Assembly (NCBI GenBank): GCA_044226625.1
Contig: JBGAGQ010000050.1
Location: 1 to 49,581, forward strand
Source: Thermoanaerobaculia bacterium
Lineage (GTDB): Bacteria > Acidobacteriota > Thermoanaerobaculia > Multivoradales > UBA5704
Length of the DNA: 49,581 nt
Direction: 5' to 3'
Shown: positions 47,357 through 49,581 of the stretch, one piece after another
Layout: each line of letters begins with the position of its first letter
Numbering within the stretch: the stretch's first letter is position 1
Program-made: the position numbers and the translations under genes
The notes under the pieces: generated by a model
Seen by the model: only the letters and a program-made list of their open reading frames with translations
What the model was told of the DNA's origin: nothing
The model's database searches: none

Positions 47357-49489
47357 CTATTCGGTTTTCGTCCCCGGATAGAAACCGCCGGCCGCGGCGT
47401 ATTTGCGTAGCGCCGGGCTCGGCGCGTGGCGCGCGCCGACCTCCCGCTCGAGCTTCTCGAGCTTCTCGATCAGCCGCGGGAGCCCTTCGGCGTCGGCCCA
47501 GCGGCAGAGGCCGCCGCGGAACGGCGGAAATCCGGTGCCGAAGATCAGCGCGAGGTCGAGGTGCCCGGCGTCCGCGACCACCCCTTCGTCGAGACAGCGC
47601 GCGGCCTCGTTCACCATCGGCAGGATCATCCGCTCCGACAGATCGGAGGGGCGGGCGTCGTCGCTCTTCGGCCGGAGGCCGAGCAGCGGATAGACGGACG
47701 GGTCGGGGGCGGTCCGCTTCCCCTTCTCATAGAGATAGAGCCCGCGCTGGTTCTTCGCCCCGAGCCGGCCCCCCTCGACGAGCCGGTCGATCCACGCGGG
47801 GAGCGGCAGCCGCTCGGAAAACGCCTCGTGGAGGATGTGGGCCACCTTGATCGCGACGTCGATCCCCACCTCGTCGGTCAGCTCGACGGGGCCGACCGGC
47901 ATCCCCCAATCGGTCATCGCGCGGTCCAGCTCCTCGATCCGCCGCCCCTCGTCGAGCAGCCAGAGCGCTTCGAGCGAGTAGAACATCAGCAGCCGGTTGA
48001 CCAGGAAGCCGGGGGAGTCCTTGATCAGGACCGGCGTCTTGCCGAGCTTCCGGGTGAGGTCGAAGACCGTGTTCGCCGCCGAGGGATCGCAACCCTCGGG
48101 GACGATCACCTCGACGAGCGGCATCTTGTGCACCGGATTGAAGAAGTGCATGCCGACCACCCGCTCGGGATTCGGCGTCCGCTCGCGGATCTCGGCGATC
48201 GGCAACGACGAGGTGTTCGAGGCGAGCACGGCGCCCGGCGCGGCGTGGGCGGCGATCTCGCGGAAGACCTCCTGCTTGATCGGCAGCTTCTCGATCACCG
48301 CCTCGACCACCAGGTCGGCCCGTTCGAAGCCCGTGTAGTCGAGCGTCGGCGCGAGCAGCGCGAGCTTCTTCTGCGCGTCAGCCTTCGAGATGCGGCGCCG
48401 CTTCAAGCTCCAGTCGAACAGCTTCCTCGCGTGGGCCATGCCGAGCGCGAGCGCCTCCGCCCGGACGTCTTTCATCCGGACGTGGTGGCCGGTCTGGTCC
48501 GCGATCAATTGGGCGATCCCGCCCCCCATCACCCCGGCGCCGACCACCGCGGTGGAGCGGACCGGACGAGGCTCTGCGCCCGGAATACCGGACTCGCGCT
48601 TCACCTCCTCGGTGAGAAAGAACAGATGGAGCAGGTTTTTCGCCACCGGCGAGACCGCGAGCTCGGACGCAGCGCGCACCTCGGCCGCGAACCCGGCGGG
48701 CATTCCCTCTTCGAGGCCGATGCGCACGACAGCGCGCGCCGCGGCGGGTATTGCCCTTCGTGGTCTTCGCCAGCTGCTTTTGCGCCTGGCTATAGACGAT
48801 CCGGCGGCCGAGCTGGTTGCCGTCGAGCAGCGTCGATTTGAGATTCGGCCTCTTGGATGGGCGCTCCTTCTGTCGCGCACGGAGAGGGCGAAATCGCGCA
48901 CCTGGTCGAGGAAGCGCGTCCGGCAGCAGGGCGTCGACGAGCCCCATCGGAACGCGCTTTTTCCCCGACACGCCTTGCCGGCGAGGATGATGTCGAGCGC
49001 GGCGGGAGAGCCCGACCAGGCGCGGCAGACCAGGCCCCCAGGCGGAAGGATGCCGATGCGGGTCTCCGGCAGGCCACGATCACGCACGTCCGGCCGGTCG
49101 CTCGCGACGCGGTAGGTCGAGGCGAGCGACCATTCGAGGCCGCCGCCGAGGCAGACGCCCGAGATCGCCGAGACGGTGGGGAAGGGGAGAGCCTCCCAGG
49201 CGGCGAACAACCGATGCCCGGTGCGCACCGCGTCGGCCACCTCCCCCGGATCCGTGGTCGCGGCGATCGCCTCGACGTCGGCGCCCGCGATGAACGTGCC
49301 GGGCTTGCCCGAGACGAGCACGAGGCAGCCGATCTCGCGCCGCACCTCCGGCCGCGACAGCTCGGCGAGGAGCGCCTCCAGCTCGGCGAACACCGAGGGC
49401 TGGAAGATGTTGACGCGCTTGTCCGGCAGGTCGAAGGTGAGGGTAGCGAGGCGCTCACCCCCGATCTCCAGGCGCAACGCCTCGGCCAT
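47357..49489 (-). CDS. fadJ: Fatty-acid oxidation complex alpha subunit (enoyl-CoA hydratase / 3-hydroxyacyl-CoA dehydrogenase), with locally disrupted frames
   Basis: FIAGAD, CLGGGLE, GLPETRIG, VGAGVMGGGIA, VVEAVIE, SNTSSLPI, GMHFFNPV, PGFLVNR and GTGFPPFRGG motifs. Parts of 48730-49085 read correctly only in an alternative frame. Confidence 0.88.
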   Translation of the reverse strand: MAEALRLEIGGERLATLTFDLPDKRVNIFQPSVFAELEALLAELSRPEVRREIGCLVLVSGKPGTFIAGADVEAIAATTDPGEVADAVRTGHRLFAAWEALPFPTVSAISGVCLGGGLEWSLASTYRVASDRPDVRDRGLPETRIGILPPGGLVCRAWSGSPAALDIILAGKACRGKSAFRWGSSTPCCRTRFLDQVRDFALSVRDRRSAHPRGRISNRRCSTATSSAAGSSIARRKSSWRRPRRAIPAAARAVVRIGLEEGMPAGFAAEVRAASELAVSPVAKNLLHLFFLTEEVKRESGIPGAEPRPVRSTAVVGAGVMGGGIAQLIADQTGHHVRMKDVRAEALALGMAHARKLFDWSLKRRRISKADAQKKLALLAPTLDYTGFERADLVVEAVIEKLPIKQEVFREIAAHAAPGAVLASNTSSLPIAEIRERTPNPERVVGMHFFNPVHKMPLVEVIVPEGCDPSAANTVFDLTRKLGKTPVLIKDSPGFLVNRLLMFYSLEALWLLDEGRRIEELDRAMTDWGMPVGPVELTDEVGIDVAIKVAHILHEAFSERLPLPAWIDRLVEGGRLGAKNQRGLYLYEKGKRTAPDPSVYPLLGLRPKSDDARPSDLSERMILPMVNEAARCLDEGVVADAGHLDLALIFGTGFPPFRGGLCRWADAEGLPRLIEKLEKLEREVGARHAPSPALRKYAAAGGFYPGTKTE

Positions 49490-49581
49490 GTCTCAAATCC
49501 CCAGTTCTCGCGGCGTGGCGGGCTCGGAGATTTCGTTCCCGGGCCCGCCGCCGTCGTTCAATCGGCGGTCGTACCGACCGC

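Noticed and set aside
49490-49581. Possible 3' end of an upstream gene such as the thiolase fadI
   Set aside because: Too short, and no recognisable motif in any frame.

Overview
A high-GC chromosomal window, probably from an Acidobacteriota genome (inferred from an acidobacterial-type VWA protein and the secreted BNR and beta-barrel gene content). It holds about 40 CDS. Housekeeping genes include a Nudix hydrolase, arfB, nth, accC plus a biotin carrier, recQ, a cold-shock protein, a cyclophilin, mobA and fadJ. Also present are a VapC-type toxin with a likely antitoxin, and a 3005-aa cyclic beta-1,2-glucan synthetase transcribed divergently from a chemosensory operon (REC, GAF, cheD, cheA, porin, short binding protein, MCP, cheW, cheR, cheB). 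The most unusual element is a non-coding array of about 510 bp at 41094-41607. It consists of palindromic GGA-N4-TCC boxes repeated with an exact 21-bp period and separated by unique 11-bp spacers. It lies directly upstream of the promoter of a small unknown coiled-coil protein with a basic tail. Other points of note: several sigma54-type promoters in front of secreted or envelope genes, including two paralogues of an unknown domain that flank nth; a GTAG REP pair; a coding 24-bp VNTR in cgs; and compensating frameshifts in fadJ. No rRNA, tRNA, CRISPR array or transposase was found. All family assignments come from motif recognition by eye, not from database searches.
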